A stretch of DNA of 64,000 nucleotides, taken from assembly GCA_964525755.1 (NCBI GenBank), contig CAZGIK010000021.1, forward strand, positions 10,088-74,087, in the 5' to 3' direction. This document shows, piece after piece, positions 11,332-21,381 of the stretch. The number at the start of each line of letters is the position of its first letter. Position 1 is the stretch's first letter. Origin of the DNA: an uncultured Verrucomicrobiota bacterium. Lineage in GTDB: Bacteria; Verrucomicrobiota; Verrucomicrobiia; Limisphaerales; UBA9464. The notes below the pieces were generated by a model, which saw nothing but the letters and a program-made list of their open reading frames with translations, was not told the origin of the DNA and searched no databases. A program made the position numbers and the translations under genes.

Positions 11332-12747
11332 ATGCCGCGCGTTTACATCAAGACCTACGGCTGCCAGATGAACGAGCGCGACAGCGAGGCGGTCGCCGCC
11401 CAGCTGGTCGCGCGTGGCTACGAGGTGGCGGCGTCCGAGGCGGTGGCGGACGTGGTCCTGCTCAACACGTGCAGCGTGCGGGACCTGGCGGAGCAGAAGG
11501 CCCTCGGCAAGATGGCGGCGGTGGTGGGCCAGGCGCGGCGGTCCCGTCCGGGGCAGAAGTTCGGATTCCTCGGCTGCATGGCCCAGAGCCGCGGGGCGGA
11601 GCTGCTCGAGGCGGTGCCCGGGGTGGACCTCGTCCTGGGCACCCAGAAGTTCCACCGGGCCGCCGGGCACCTCGACGACCTCCTCGCCGGACGGGCGGAC
11701 CGCGTGGTCGACGTCGGCGCGGAAGCTGGCAGCGAGTCGGCGATCCGCGACCATCTCCTGACGGTTCCCGGCGCCCCCGCGCCGGCCCCCCGGCAGGTCT
11801 CGGCGTTCGTCTCGATCATGCAGGGCTGCAACCAGCACTGCACCTTCTGCATCGTCCCCCACACCCGGGGCCGCGAACGGTCCCGACCCATCGCGGAGAT
11901 CGTCGACGAGGTCCGTCGCCTGGTCGACCGCGGGGTCCGCGAGGTCACCCTGCTGGGGCAGATCGTCAACAGCTACGGCCGCCGCGAGGTGCCGGTGGTG
12001 GACGGGCGGTCGGGTTTCGTCCAGCTGCTCGACGCGGTCCATGCCGTCGACGGGCTGGAGCGGATCCGGTTCACGTCGCCGCATCCCAGGGGCTACGGGG
12101 CGGACCTGGTGGAGGCGTACGGAAGGCTTCCCAAGCTGGTGGAAAGCGCGCACCTGCCGCTGCAGAGCGGGTCCGACGCGATCCTGCGCCGCATGCACCG
12201 CGGGTACACCGCGGAGCGGTTCCTCGGGATCGTCGGGGCCCTGCGGGCGGTGCGTCCCCCGATGGGGATCACCACGGACATCATCGTCGGGTTCCCCGGC
12301 GAGACGGAGGCCGACTTCGAGGACACGCTGCGGTTGTGTCGGGAGGCGCGTTTCGACATGGCGTACGTCTTCAAGTACTCGCCCCGGCGCGACACCCCGG
12401 CGGCGTCCCTGCCCGACCAGCTCCCGGGCGAGGTCATCGAGGAACGCCACGCGCGGCTGCTGTCGATGGTCAACGACATCGGACGCGAGCGATACGAGGC
12501 GTTGGTCGGGACCCGCCAGCAGATCCTGGTCGAGGGGCCGAGCCGGCGGAATCCCGCCCGGTACGAGGGGCGGACGCGGTGCAACAAGATCGTGGTCTTT
12601 CCCGGCGACGAACGGCACCGCGGGCAGGTGATGGACGTCCGGATCGAGCGCGTGGGCACTTTCACCCTGTATGCCGACCCCGCGGTGGTGAACCTGGGTG
12701 CCGACGGGGACGAACCCGCCCGGGTGCGGGAGCCGATGGTTGCATGA
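11332..12747 (+). CDS. miaB: tRNA-2-methylthio-N6-dimethylallyladenosine synthase
   Basis: [19 protein letters not shown] (UPF0004 N-domain), the radical SAM segment [15 protein letters not shown], and a C-terminal TRAM-like region. Confidence 0.95.
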   Translation: MPRVYIKTYGCQMNERDSEAVAAQLVARGYEVAASEAVADVVLLNTCSVRDLAEQKALGKMAAVVGQARRSRPGQKFGFLGCMAQSRGAELLEAVPGVDLVLGTQKFHRAAGHLDDLLAGRADRVVDVGAEAGSESAIRDHLLTVPGAPAPAPRQVSAFVSIMQGCNQHCTFCIVPHTRGRERSRPIAEIVDEVRRLVDRGVREVTLLGQIVNSYGRREVPVVDGRSGFVQLLDAVHAVDGLERIRFTSPHPRGYGADLVEAYGRLPKLVESAHLPLQSGSDAILRRMHRGYTAERFLGIVGALRAVRPPMGITTDIIVGFPGETEADFEDTLRLCREARFDMAYVFKYSPRRDTPAASLPDQLPGEVIEERHARLLSMVNDIGRERYEALVGTRQQILVEGPSRRNPARYEGRTRCNKIVVFPGDERHRGQVMDVRIERVGTFTLYADPAVVNLGADGDEPARVREPMVA

Positions 12748-13298
12748 CACTTTCCTCCGCCACATGGATCCTCGCCGGCGTTCACGCCGCGGTGGGTGCC
12801 TTCCTCCTCCTCCGGGGCCCGTCGGCCGTCCGCGTCCTGCGCGGGCTGCCGCGGAACGTTCCCGCCGGGGTCCTCCTGATGCTCCTCGGCACGGCGTGGT
12901 TCGTCTCGAACCTGTACCGGTCCGACCTGACCGATTTCGCCGAATGGCGGCCGGTGATGTACGGGGGGTTCGCGCTGCTGGGGATCGGGTGCTGTTTCTT
13001 CGTCCGGGACCACCTGTTCATCCGCGGGGCGTCGGTGGTGGCGCTGCTGGTGTGCGACCGCTTGCTCGACATCCAGCGCTGGCATCCCAGCGGGATGAAG
13101 AACGTGGTGACCGTCTGGGCCTACGTGGTGATCTGCCTCTCGGTGTGGTTCTCCATGTCGCCGTGGGTGTTCCGGGACGGGGTGGGCTGGCTCACGGCGA
13201 CGCCGGGCCGGCTCCGGGCCGGGGGCGGGATCCTGGCCGGCTTGGGCCTGGTCCTGGCGGTCCTGGCGGCCGTGGCGTACCGCCTTCCGGCGGGGTGA
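12744..13298 (+). CDS. Hypothetical multi-pass membrane protein
   Basis: In-frame tail of track ORF 11469..13298(+), from [23 protein letters not shown]. It has about 5-6 hydrophobic helices. The ATG overlaps the miaB stop (ATGA). Confidence 0.6.
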   Translation: MTLSSATWILAGVHAAVGAFLLLRGPSAVRVLRGLPRNVPAGVLLMLLGTAWFVSNLYRSDLTDFAEWRPVMYGGFALLGIGCCFFVRDHLFIRGASVVALLVCDRLLDIQRWHPSGMKNVVTVWAYVVICLSVWFSMSPWVFRDGVGWLTATPGRLRAGGGILAGLGLVLAVLAAVAYRLPAG

Positions 13299-13406
13299 AT
13301 TCCCCCGAAAACGGGGCTTGCCTCCGGTTTCCGCCCCTGACTATCTTCCGCGCTCCCTTGCCGGGGACTCCTGTGCCCCCCGGTCGGAACCAGCTTTGTA
13401 ACCGAT

Positions 13407-13661
13407 ATGCCAGTCACCATTCGTCTCAAGCGCGGCGGCTCGAAGAACCACCCCCACTACCGCGTGGTCGTGTCCGATTCCCGCAGCCCGCGCGACGGCA
13501 AGTTCATCGAGGAGATCGGGACGTACGACCCGGTCAAGAAGGGCGACAACTTCGCCATCAACCTGGACCGGGCCCGTTACTGGGTCGGCGTGGGCGCCAA
13601 GCCGTCCGACACCGTGGCCAGCTTCCTCAAGAAGGCGGCCAAGGCGGCTCCGGCGGCCTGA
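13407..13661 (+). CDS. rpsP: 30S ribosomal protein S16
   Basis: [42 protein letters not shown] is the canonical S16 N-terminus. Confidence 0.95.
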   Translation: MPVTIRLKRGGSKNHPHYRVVVSDSRSPRDGKFIEEIGTYDPVKKGDNFAINLDRARYWVGVGAKPSDTVASFLKKAAKAAPAA

Positions 13662-13704
13662 GTTCGTCTCCTTTCCCCGCCCCCATCGCCCATCCCGCCC
13701 GCCC

Positions 13705-13944
13705 ATGTCCCTCCAGCCGTTCATCGATCTCGTCGTCCGAGGCCTCGTGGATGATCCGGAGTCCGTGGTGGTGGAGCCGGTGGATCGCCAGGGGGTCACC
13801 GTGTACGAGCTGCGGGTGGCCGACGACGATGTCGGCAAGGTGATCGGGCGGAAGGGGGCGACGATCAACGCGCTCCGGGCGATGGTCCAGGTGGGCGGTG
13901 CCAAGTCGGGTCGCCGCTGCGCGCTGGAGCTGATCGAGCGGTAG
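13705..13944 (+). CDS. KH domain RNA-binding protein (UPF0109/YlqC-like)
   Basis: 79 aa with [16 protein letters not shown] (the GxxG KH motif). Its position after rpsP is the conserved one. Confidence 0.85.
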   Translation: MSLQPFIDLVVRGLVDDPESVVVEPVDRQGVTVYELRVADDDVGKVIGRKGATINALRAMVQVGGAKSGRRCALELIER

Positions 13945-13979
13945 GTGCGGCCGCCGGGGCCGGGTGGAGGCCGGCCACG

Positions 13980-14699
13980 ATGCGCATCGATGTACTGACC
14001 CTGTTTCCCGCGATGTTTGCGGGGCCGCTGGACGAGAGCATCGTCGGCCGGGCCCGCGAGCAGGGGGTGCTGGATCTCCGGATCCGGGATCTGCGGGACT
14101 GGACGCATGACCGTCATCGGACGGTGGATGACCGTCCGTTCGGTGGCGGGCCAGGAATGGTCCTCAAGCCGGAACCGATCTTTGAAGCGGTTGAATCCCT
14201 TCGTGGGGAGCAGACGCGGGTGGTGCTCACCTCGCCGAGCGGGCGTCCGTTCACCCAGGAGGTGGCACGGGAACTGGCGTCGGTGGGGCACCTCCTGGTG
14301 GTCTGCGGGAGCTACGAGGGGTTCGACGAGCGGGTGCGCGAGCACCTTGCGGACGACGATCTCAGCATCGGGGACTATGTGCTGACCAACGGGGCGTTGC
14401 CGGCGATGGTCCTCATCGATGCCGTGACGCGCTTGCTTCCCGGGGCCTTGGGGCATGCCGGGAGTGCCGAGGAGGAGTCGTTCAGCGAGGGGTTGCTCGA
14501 GTACCCGCACTACACCCGGCCCGCCGTGTTTCGCGGTTGGCCGGTCCCGGAGGTCCTGCTGTCCGGGAATCACGCCGACATCGTGAGATGGCGGCGCCAG
14601 CAGGCCATGAAGCGGACCGCCGAACGGCGGCCCGACATGTGGGACAAGTTACGGTGGGCCAAGCCCACGCCGAAAAGACAACGCAGGATTGAGCCATGA
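13980..14699 (+). CDS. trmD: tRNA (guanine37-N1)-methyltransferase
   Basis: [25 protein letters not shown]...[17 protein letters not shown]...[11 protein letters not shown]...[21 protein letters not shown] are canonical TrmD motifs. Confidence 0.95.
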   Translation: MRIDVLTLFPAMFAGPLDESIVGRAREQGVLDLRIRDLRDWTHDRHRTVDDRPFGGGPGMVLKPEPIFEAVESLRGEQTRVVLTSPSGRPFTQEVARELASVGHLLVVCGSYEGFDERVREHLADDDLSIGDYVLTNGALPAMVLIDAVTRLLPGALGHAGSAEEESFSEGLLEYPHYTRPAVFRGWPVPEVLLSGNHADIVRWRRQQAMKRTAERRPDMWDKLRWAKPTPKRQRRIEP

Positions 14700-15067
14700 A
14701 CAAAGGTGCATTGTTTGACAAGATCGAGACCGAGCAGTTCCGGTCCGACACGCCGAGCTTCCAGGTGGGCGACAGCGTCCGCGTCCACACCAAGGTGGTG
14801 GAGGGTGACAAGGAGCGGATCCAGGTCTTCGCCGGCCTGGTGATCGGCATCCGGGGACGGGGCCTGAACCGGACCTTCACCGTCCGCCGGATCTCCTACG
14901 GGGAGGGTGTGGAGCGGATCTTCCCGCTGCATTCGCCCCGGGTGGACAAGATCGAGGTCGACCGCGCCGGCAAGGTGCGGCGTGCCAAGCTGACCTATCT
15001 CCGCGGCCGGATCGGCAAGAGCGCCACCGCGGTCAAGGAGAAGGAGCGGGTGGTCAAGGCTTCCTGA
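14696..15067 (+). CDS. rplS: 50S ribosomal protein L19
   Basis: [64 protein letters not shown] overlap with trmD. Confidence 0.95.
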   Translation: MNKGALFDKIETEQFRSDTPSFQVGDSVRVHTKVVEGDKERIQVFAGLVIGIRGRGLNRTFTVRRISYGEGVERIFPLHSPRVDKIEVDRAGKVRRAKLTYLRGRIGKSATAVKEKERVVKAS

Positions 15068-15068
15068 C

Positions 15069-15091
15069 GGACCCCGGTCCTTCCCGGGTCC
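15069..15091 (+). terminator. Weak stem-loop directly after the rplS stop (no U-tract)
   Basis: GGACCCCGG-tcctt-CCCGGGTCC forms an 8 bp stem with one mismatch and a 5-nt loop, starting 2 nt after the stop. No T-run follows, so it is not a classical intrinsic terminator. Confidence 0.25.
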
Positions 15092-15209
15092 CCCTCATCC
15101 GGCCGGATGCCCTTCCCGCAGCGCGGGCGGGGCTTCCGGCCGCCCTCATTCCGGGGGGAGGCAGTCCGACGCTGACAGGACGATCCTCTTCCGCTATCAG
15201 GAAGCCGCC

Positions 15210-15869
15210 ATGCGTTGCCTCGTCACCGCCGGTCCCTCGTTCGAGTGCCTCGACCGGGTGCGGCGCCTGACGAATTTCTCGACCGGCGGACTGGGCTCCC
15301 GACTGGCCACGGCGCTGCACGGGGCCGGGCATGAGGTGACCCTCCTCCGGGGGCGCCTCGCCACCGCACCCATCCCGTCGGCGGGCTTCCCGGTCCTCGA
15401 GTTCACCACCTCGTCGGACCTTGCCGCCCGGTTCCTCGAACTCTCCGGCGACGACCCCGTGGCCGTCTTCCATGCCGCCGCCGTGTCGGACTTCGGGTTT
15501 GGCGAGGTCATGGAGCGGACACCCGATGGTCGGACCCGTCCCGTTTCCGGTGGAAAGCTTTCCAGCCGTGGGGGCTCGCTGTGGGTGGAGCTCAAGCCGA
15601 CGCCCAAGTTGTTGAACGGGCTCCGCGACTGGTATCCGCGGGGCTGGCTGGTGGGGTGGAAGTACGAGGTCGAGGGGCCGGCCGGGCGGGTTGTCGAGCG
15701 GGGGATCGGGCAGTTGCGGGACTCCCGCACGGACGCCTGCGTGGTGAACGGACCGGGGTTCGGGCCGGGATTCGGCGTGCTCGAACCGGGGATGTCGCAT
15801 CCGGTGCCGATGCCCTCCGAGGCGGACCTCATCGCCTGGCTGTCGGCCCACATCCCGGACGGGCGCTGA
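15210..15869 (+). CDS. coaB: Stand-alone phosphopantothenate--cysteine ligase-like protein (CoaB/DFP domain only)
   Basis: MRCLVTAGPSFECLDRVRRLTNFSTGGLGSRLA matches the CoaB TAGPT-x-E-x-D-VR-x-N-xSSG pattern. GGKLSSRGGSLWVELKPTPKLL matches the KxKK...NPDIL region. There is no CoaC flavoprotein half. Confidence 0.65.
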   Translation: MRCLVTAGPSFECLDRVRRLTNFSTGGLGSRLATALHGAGHEVTLLRGRLATAPIPSAGFPVLEFTTSSDLAARFLELSGDDPVAVFHAAAVSDFGFGEVMERTPDGRTRPVSGGKLSSRGGSLWVELKPTPKLLNGLRDWYPRGWLVGWKYEVEGPAGRVVERGIGQLRDSRTDACVVNGPGFGPGFGVLEPGMSHPVPMPSEADLIAWLSAHIPDGR

Positions 15870-15910
15870 GTCGCATTCCGGGCGGGGGCGGTGCCGGGGC
15901 GACGGGCCGT

Positions 15911-16927
15911 TCAGCCCGCGTTGTCCATCGGGAGGGCGCTGATCTCGAGCATGCGCTCGATGGGGCGGCGGGCCCGGGCGATGAGTTCCGGGGACATCTC
16001 GACGCCCGGCGAGCGGTTCGCCATGCAGTCGTGGAGCTTCTCCAGGGTGTTCATCTTCATGAACCGGCACTCGTTGCAGGCGCAGGCCTCGGTGGGGGCG
16101 GGGATGAAGGTCTTCCCGGGGCACTCCCGCCGCAGGCGATGCAGCATGCCCGCCTCGGTGGCGATGATGAACTCCCGCGCCGGGCTCTGCCGGCACCACG
16201 TCACCATCTTCTCGGTGGAACATACCTCGTCGGCCAGCATCCGGACCGACCGGGTGCATTCCGGATGGGCCACCACCGGGGCGCCGGGATGACGTTCCCG
16301 GATCCGGGTGATGGCGGCATGGGTCCATTCCACGTGGACGTAGCAGTTGCCCTTCCAGAGGGTCATCGGACGTCCCGTCTGCTCCATCACCCAGGCCCCG
16401 AGGTTCTCGTCGGGCACGAACAGCAGATCCCGGTCCGGCGGGGCATGGCGCACGATCCGCACGGCGTTGCCGCTGGTGCAGATCACGTCGGATGCCGCCT
16501 TCACCTCGGCCGAGCAGTTGATGTAGGCGATGGTGTAGAAGTTCGGATTCGTCGCCTGCAGCTCGCGCAGCTTCGCCGCGGGGCAGCTTTCCTCGAGGGA
16601 GCATCCGGCGTCGCGGTCCGGGAGCAGCACCAGCTTGTCCGGGTTCAGGATCTTGGCCGTCTCGGCCATGAAGTGGACCCCGCAGAAGACGATGACATCG
16701 GCCGGGGTCCGGGCCGCCTGCTGGGCGAGCCCGAGGGAATCGCCCACGTAGTCCGCCACGTCCTGGATCTCCGGGATCTGGTAGTTGTGGGCCAGGATCA
16801 CGGCATTCAGGCGGCGCTTCAGGTCGAGGATCTCCCGCGAGAGGGTGTCGCGGTGTTCCGGGCCGGGGGAGGTGGCCCGCACCGGGAAACGGTCGACGCC
16901 GGAGGCGACGAGGGGGGACTCGGTCAT
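15911..16927 (-). CDS. nadA: Quinolinate synthase
   Basis: Track ORF 15911..16966(-). AVILAHNYQIPEIQDVADYVGDSL, VFCGVHFMAETAKILNP, CSLEESC, and HPEC plus the C-terminal CxxC region. The start is set at MTESPL (ATG 16927) to avoid overlap with the upstream MFS gene. 16966 is also possible. Confidence 0.9.
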   Translation of the reverse strand: MTESPLVASGVDRFPVRATSPGPEHRDTLSREILDLKRRLNAVILAHNYQIPEIQDVADYVGDSLGLAQQAARTPADVIVFCGVHFMAETAKILNPDKLVLLPDRDAGCSLEESCPAAKLRELQATNPNFYTIAYINCSAEVKAASDVICTSGNAVRIVRHAPPDRDLLFVPDENLGAWVMEQTGRPMTLWKGNCYVHVEWTHAAITRIRERHPGAPVVAHPECTRSVRMLADEVCSTEKMVTWCRQSPAREFIIATEAGMLHRLRRECPGKTFIPAPTEACACNECRFMKMNTLEKLHDCMANRSPGVEMSPELIARARRPIERMLEISALPMDNAG

Positions 16928-16940
16928 TCGGGGCGGGAGG

Positions 16941-18218
16941 TTAGGAGGCGTCCGCGGCGGGGTCAATCGACCCGGGCCGGGGAAGGGGTTTGCGCACCAG
17001 CCGTTGCCACGCCATCAGGCCGGTGGTGGCAGCCAGGAGGGCGCAGGTCAGGTACGGCCACGAGGGATGTCGGTCATAGAGCCAGCCCGCCAGGGGCGGA
17101 CCGAACATCCGTGCCAGGCTGCCGGCGCTCTGGGCCACCCCGAGCGTGGAGCCCTGGTCCTCGGAGGGCGTCAGGTTGGAGAGCAGTCCGAACAGCGGGG
17201 GACGGGTGAGGCCGGATCCGACGGCCAGGAGGGCGACGCTGGCGAGGAGTCCCCACCAGGGCAGGCCCGCCGGGGTGGCGAGGACCCGCCATCCGAGCGG
17301 CTCGGTGCCGTGGAGGAAGGGCAGGGGAACCAGGCTCACGGCGAAGATGAGCAGGCTGAGGGCGATCAGGCGCGGCTCGCCGAGGCGCTTGACGAGGCGT
17401 CCGATGGGGCCGCCCTGCACGGCGGCGCCGATGAGGCCGCAGAAGCAGAACAGGACGGCGTTGGTGGTGGCCGACGCCTCGCGGTCGAGTCCGAAGTTCC
17501 GCTGCACCAGCAGGCCGAGGGTGCTTTCGAAGCAGGTGAACCCGAAGGTGGCGAGGGCGAAGGTGAGGATGAGAAACCCGACGGTGGGCCGATGGAATAC
17601 GTGCAGGGCCTGCTCGAGGCGGGGGCGTCGGGCGACCGGGGCGTTGCCGCGGTGCCAGCTTTCCGGGAGCCGGACCAGGGCGAAGACGAAGTTGCCGGCG
17701 CAGAGGGCGGCGGCGATCCAGCCCGGTCCGCCCGGCCCGAACAGCTTCATGCCCACCGCGGCCAGCCCGGGGCCGACGGTGAAGCCGAGCCCGAAGGCCA
17801 TCCCGATCAGGCCCATGCGCTTCGACCGCTCGGAGGGCGGGGTGATGTCGGCGATGTACGCCTGGGCCACCGTGATGTTGGCCCCGCAAATCCCGGCCAG
17901 CATCCGGGAACCGAGGAGGATCCAGAGGCCGGACCGGTCGGTCATCCCCGAGGCGATGGCGAACACGGCGTAGGACGCGGCCGCGCCGGCCGTGCTCACC
18001 AGCAGGACCGGGCGGCGTCCGACCCGGTCCGAGAGCCCGCCCCACCAGGGGGCGAAGACGAACTGCATCGCCGAGTAGGCGGCGAAGATGAGCCCCACCT
18101 CGAGGCCGCTGGCGCCGAACGCCCGGCTGTAGACGGGCAGGAGGGGGATGACGAGGCCGAACCCGACCAGGTCGATGAAGACCGTGAGGAAGAGGATGAA
18201 CAGCGAGGGGCGTCGCAT
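16941..18218 (-). CDS. MFS transporter (DHA1/tetracycline-efflux-like)
   Basis: Track ORF 16941..18284(-), start at MRRPSLFILFLTVFIDLVGFGLVIPLLP. It has the MFS motif A-like GGLSDRVGRRPVLL and about 12 predicted helices. Confidence 0.85.
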   Translation of the reverse strand: MRRPSLFILFLTVFIDLVGFGLVIPLLPVYSRAFGASGLEVGLIFAAYSAMQFVFAPWWGGLSDRVGRRPVLLVSTAGAAASYAVFAIASGMTDRSGLWILLGSRMLAGICGANITVAQAYIADITPPSERSKRMGLIGMAFGLGFTVGPGLAAVGMKLFGPGGPGWIAAALCAGNFVFALVRLPESWHRGNAPVARRPRLEQALHVFHRPTVGFLILTFALATFGFTCFESTLGLLVQRNFGLDREASATTNAVLFCFCGLIGAAVQGGPIGRLVKRLGEPRLIALSLLIFAVSLVPLPFLHGTEPLGWRVLATPAGLPWWGLLASVALLAVGSGLTRPPLFGLLSNLTPSEDQGSTLGVAQSAGSLARMFGPPLAGWLYDRHPSWPYLTCALLAATTGLMAWQRLVRKPLPRPGSIDPAADAS

Positions 18219-18234
18219 GGGATGGCGCGGCGGG

Positions 18235-19599
18235 CTAGGGGGCGGTCTCGGTGAGGGTGACCCCCTCGCCCATGGCCCGCTCAAGGCGGGCCCGGGCCAC
18301 GGTGAAGTCCCGCAGCGCCTGACGGTAGGTGTTCCGGGCCTCGGTGAGGGCGGTCTGGGCCGACAGCACGTCGAGCTGGGTCCCGGAGCCGGCTTCCGAC
18401 CGCGCCACGGCGAGCCGGAGCGCCTCCTCGGCCTGCTCGGTCACCTTCTGCTGGGACTCGAGGACCTCGCGGGCCTCCTGGAAGGTCGAGTGGGCGGTGC
18501 GGACCTCCAGTTCCACGCGGCGCCGGGTGTCCTCCGTGTCGATGCGGGCCCGTTCCGCCCGGGCGCGGGCGGCGGTGACCCGGCCGCGGGTGAGGCCCGA
18601 GTCCCAGATGTTCCACGAGAGCTGGGCGCCGAGGTTCCAGCCCTGGAGTTCCTGGTCGAGGTCGCGGACGAAGTTGCGGTTCTGCCACCCATACCCGGCG
18701 ATCCCGGAGAGCTGGGGGAGGTAGTCGGCACGGGCCTGGCGGATCTCCTCGCGGCGCTGCCCCTCGGCGGCGGCGAGGGCGGCGAGCTCCGGGCGGCGGT
18801 CCAGGGCGCGTCCGATGGCCGTGGCGAGCGGGACCTCGAACGGTTCGGCCGCGAGGCGGCCGCTGAGCTCGAGGGGGATGTCCTGTTCCACACCCTCGGG
18901 GACGGAAAAGCCGAGGAGGACGGCCAGGTTGTTCTTGGCGATGCGGAGCTGGTTGCGGGCGCGGATGAGGCGCGGGCGGGCGTTGGCCAGCTCGACCTCG
19001 GCGCGGAGGACATTGAACCGGGGCACGGTCCCCGCCTCGAACCGTCGGGTGGTGTCGGTGAGTTCCCGTCGGAGCAGCTCGATGGAGGCCTCCTGGACGG
19101 CGATCTGCTCGGCGGCGAGGAGGACATCCTGGTAGGCCACGCGGACCTCCAGGAGGGAGTCGGCGACGACCGCCTGATGGGCGGCGAGGGCGGCCTCCCG
19201 GGTCAGTCGGGAGGCGCGGGCCGCGGACCGGAGCCGGCCGCCGGCGTAGATCGGCTGGCTCACGGTGAGGAGCGCGTTCCAGTTCTGGTTGTTGGCGAAC
19301 GGGACCGCCGGGGCTCCCGGGGGACCGAATGCCACCCGCTCGATCTTGCCCTCGTCGATCCGGTTGTAGGCGCCGGTGGCCTGGAGGCTGGGGAGGAAGG
19401 TGGCGCGTTGCTGGAGGGAGATCCCGTGGGCCTCCTCCACGTCCTGGCGGCTCCGGGCGATGGCCGGGCTCCGGTCCAGCGCCGCTTCCAGGCAGTCCTC
19501 CAGCGAGAGGGGCCGGTCGGGCCAGTCGGCCGCCTGGAGGCCGGCCGACAGCAGGCCCGCCGCCGCCCAGCGGGCCAGCCGTTTCCAGTGTCGTTTCAT
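18235..19599 (-). CDS. TolC family outer membrane efflux protein
   Basis: Track ORF 18235..19680(-), start at MKRHWKRLARWAAAGLLSAGLQAADW (signal peptide). LSLEDCLEAALDRSPAIA is followed by two OEP-type repeats rich in coiled-coil segments. Confidence 0.85.
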   Translation of the reverse strand: MKRHWKRLARWAAAGLLSAGLQAADWPDRPLSLEDCLEAALDRSPAIARSRQDVEEAHGISLQQRATFLPSLQATGAYNRIDEGKIERVAFGPPGAPAVPFANNQNWNALLTVSQPIYAGGRLRSAARASRLTREAALAAHQAVVADSLLEVRVAYQDVLLAAEQIAVQEASIELLRRELTDTTRRFEAGTVPRFNVLRAEVELANARPRLIRARNQLRIAKNNLAVLLGFSVPEGVEQDIPLELSGRLAAEPFEVPLATAIGRALDRRPELAALAAAEGQRREEIRQARADYLPQLSGIAGYGWQNRNFVRDLDQELQGWNLGAQLSWNIWDSGLTRGRVTAARARAERARIDTEDTRRRVELEVRTAHSTFQEAREVLESQQKVTEQAEEALRLAVARSEAGSGTQLDVLSAQTALTEARNTYRQALRDFTVARARLERAMGEGVTLTETAP

Positions 19600-19676
19600 G
19601 CCCGTCAGGCTGGAGGGCGGGGCCCCGGGGATCAAGGACCGGTGTGGCATCGGTTCGGCGGGGGGCATTCGGGGTG

Positions 19677-20624
19677 TCACTCGGCGGATGCGGACGGCGG
19701 ACGCTGGATGAACACGTCGACCTGCTGCCCCACGTAGAGCGGGAAGTCCGGGCGGTCAAACGCGTAGATCACCTGGAGGACCCGGGTGTCGACCCGTTCG
19801 AGGCTGTCGCCGGTGAGGTTGCGCTTGGGGACCACGTAGGGCTCCACCCGGACGAAGCGGAGGGGGAGCCGGAGGTCCGCGTAGCCCTTGGGCGACGCCA
19901 CGGCCGGGGCGCCCGGGCTGACGAGCAGGGCGTTCTGCTCGTCCACCTCGGCCCGCACCTGGAGGGTGTCGACATCGCCAAGAAGGATCAGGGGGTCCTG
20001 TTGGACGGCGGCCGGGGCGAACTCGCCCGCGCGGATGTTGATCTGGAGGATGCGGCCGTCGCGGGGGGCGCGGACGGTGAGGACCTCCAGTTCGGTGCCC
20101 GCCTGCCGCGCCTGCGCGGCGGCGGCGACGGCCGCGGCCCGGGAGGCCTCCAGCCGGGCCCGGGCCGCAGCCAGGCCGAACTCCCGTCGACGCAGCTCGT
20201 CGACGGACGCCGCCTGGTCCCGTTCGAGCCGGGCGAAGCGGGCCTGCTGGTCCTCCCAGTCCGCCACCTCCGCCGCCCGCACCGCCACGTCGGACTCGGC
20301 GGCGGCGAGCTGGGCCGACAGGGACGCCTCGCGGGCGCGGGCTTCGCGGTCGTCGAGCTGGATCAGCGGGTCGCCCTGCCGGACCGGGTCGCCGACGGCC
20401 ACGTGGACCTTGAGGACGAGGCCCTGCCGGGGGGCGGCGATGCGGACGTTCTCCCGTGCGGCCTCGATCAGGCCGGTGGCGGCGACGGTGCCTTCCCAGG
20501 GTGACCGTGCGGGCGGGGACTCGGGGAGCGGGGCCGGGGGGCGTTGGGAGCTGCGGCGGACGAGGAGGCCGGCCGCGAGGATTCCCAGCACGGCGAGGTA
20601 GAAGGTGGGCTTGCGGAGGAGCAT
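19677..20624 (-). CDS. HlyD/efflux periplasmic adaptor protein (DevB/MacA-like)
   Basis: Track ORF 19677..20681(-), start at MLLRKPTFYLAVLGILAAGLLV (TM anchor). It has a lipoyl-like segment GLVLKVHVAVGDPVRQGDPLIQLD, a long Ala/Arg/Glu coiled coil, and VRAPRDGRILQINIRAGE. Confidence 0.85.
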   Translation of the reverse strand: MLLRKPTFYLAVLGILAAGLLVRRSSQRPPAPLPESPPARSPWEGTVAATGLIEAARENVRIAAPRQGLVLKVHVAVGDPVRQGDPLIQLDDREARAREASLSAQLAAAESDVAVRAAEVADWEDQQARFARLERDQAASVDELRRREFGLAAARARLEASRAAAVAAAAQARQAGTELEVLTVRAPRDGRILQINIRAGEFAPAAVQQDPLILLGDVDTLQVRAEVDEQNALLVSPGAPAVASPKGYADLRLPLRFVRVEPYVVPKRNLTGDSLERVDTRVLQVIYAFDRPDFPLYVGQQVDVFIQRPPSASAE

Positions 20625-20628
20625 CGGG

Positions 20629-21381
20629 TCAGCGGTGGTTCTGGATGAAGGCGGCGAGCGCCCCGCCCTGGTGGACGCCACGCACCCGGCCGTCCTCCAT
20701 CTCGGTGAGCCGGTCGGCGTAGGCGTAGGTTCGCGGGTCGTGGGTGACGATCAGCACGCAGCGGTCCGGGCCGCGGGCCACCCCGGCGAGAAGGTCCATG
20801 ATGGCGTGGCCGGTGGTCGAATCGAGCGCGCTGGTGGGTTCGTCGCAGATGAGCAGCGCCGGTTCGTGGACGAGCGCTCGGGCGATCGCCACCCGCTGCT
20901 GCTGTCCGCCGGAAAGCTCGGCCGGCCGGCGGTCCGCCTTGTCCGCCAGCCCCACGCCGGCGAGGGCGGCCCGGGCCCGTTCGACGGCCCCGCGCCGGCC
21001 GACGCCGTTGATCAGCAGCGGCACGGCCACGTTCTCCGCGCAGTCCAGGGTGGGGATCAGGTTGAACTGCTGGAAGACGAACCCGATGTGCCGTCCGCGG
21101 AACGCGGTCAGGGCCGACGCGGCCAGGCCGTCGAGTCGGGTGCCGAGCACCTCCACCGTGCCGGAGTCCCAGGTCAGGGTGCCGGCGATGACCGACAGCA
21201 GGGTGGTCTTCCCGCAGCCCGAAGGGCCGACCACCAGGTGCAGTTCGCCGCGCCGGGCCGTGAAGTCCGTCCCCTTCAGTGCCACCGTGCGCGAGTCCCC
21301 CGTGCCGAAGGACTTGGTCACCGTACACACCCGGACGGCGGTTGCGTCGGGTGCGGGATTGTCGTCGGGCGCTGGGGTCAT
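20629..21381 (-). CDS. ABC transporter ATP-binding protein (MacB/LolD/DevA-like)
   Basis: Walker A GPSGCGKTT, Q-loop, signature LSGGQQQRVAIARAL, and Walker B LLICDEPTSALD. Confidence 0.92.
   Translation of the reverse strand: MTPAPDDNPAPDATAVRVCTVTKSFGTGDSRTVALKGTDFTARRGELHLVVGPSGCGKTTLLSVIAGTLTWDSGTVEVLGTRLDGLAASALTAFRGRHIGFVFQQFNLIPTLDCAENVAVPLLINGVGRRGAVERARAALAGVGLADKADRRPAELSGGQQQRVAIARALVHEPALLICDEPTSALDSTTGHAIMDLLAGVARGPDRCVLIVTHDPRTYAYADRLTEMEDGRVRGVHQGGALAAFIQNHR

Noticed and set aside
8527-12765. 1412-aa minus-strand ORF that would make a giant LeuS fusion.
   Set aside because: Only the last 890 aa (from MSRRQYPFP at 11199) are LeuS. The upstream 522 aa are the antisense of miaB and of the intergenic region. 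The same logic applies to 21378..23939 (only 21378..22517 is the FtsX permease), 43564..46599 (only 43564..44469 is pssA), 48069..51086 (comEC starts at 50471) and 24509..26827.
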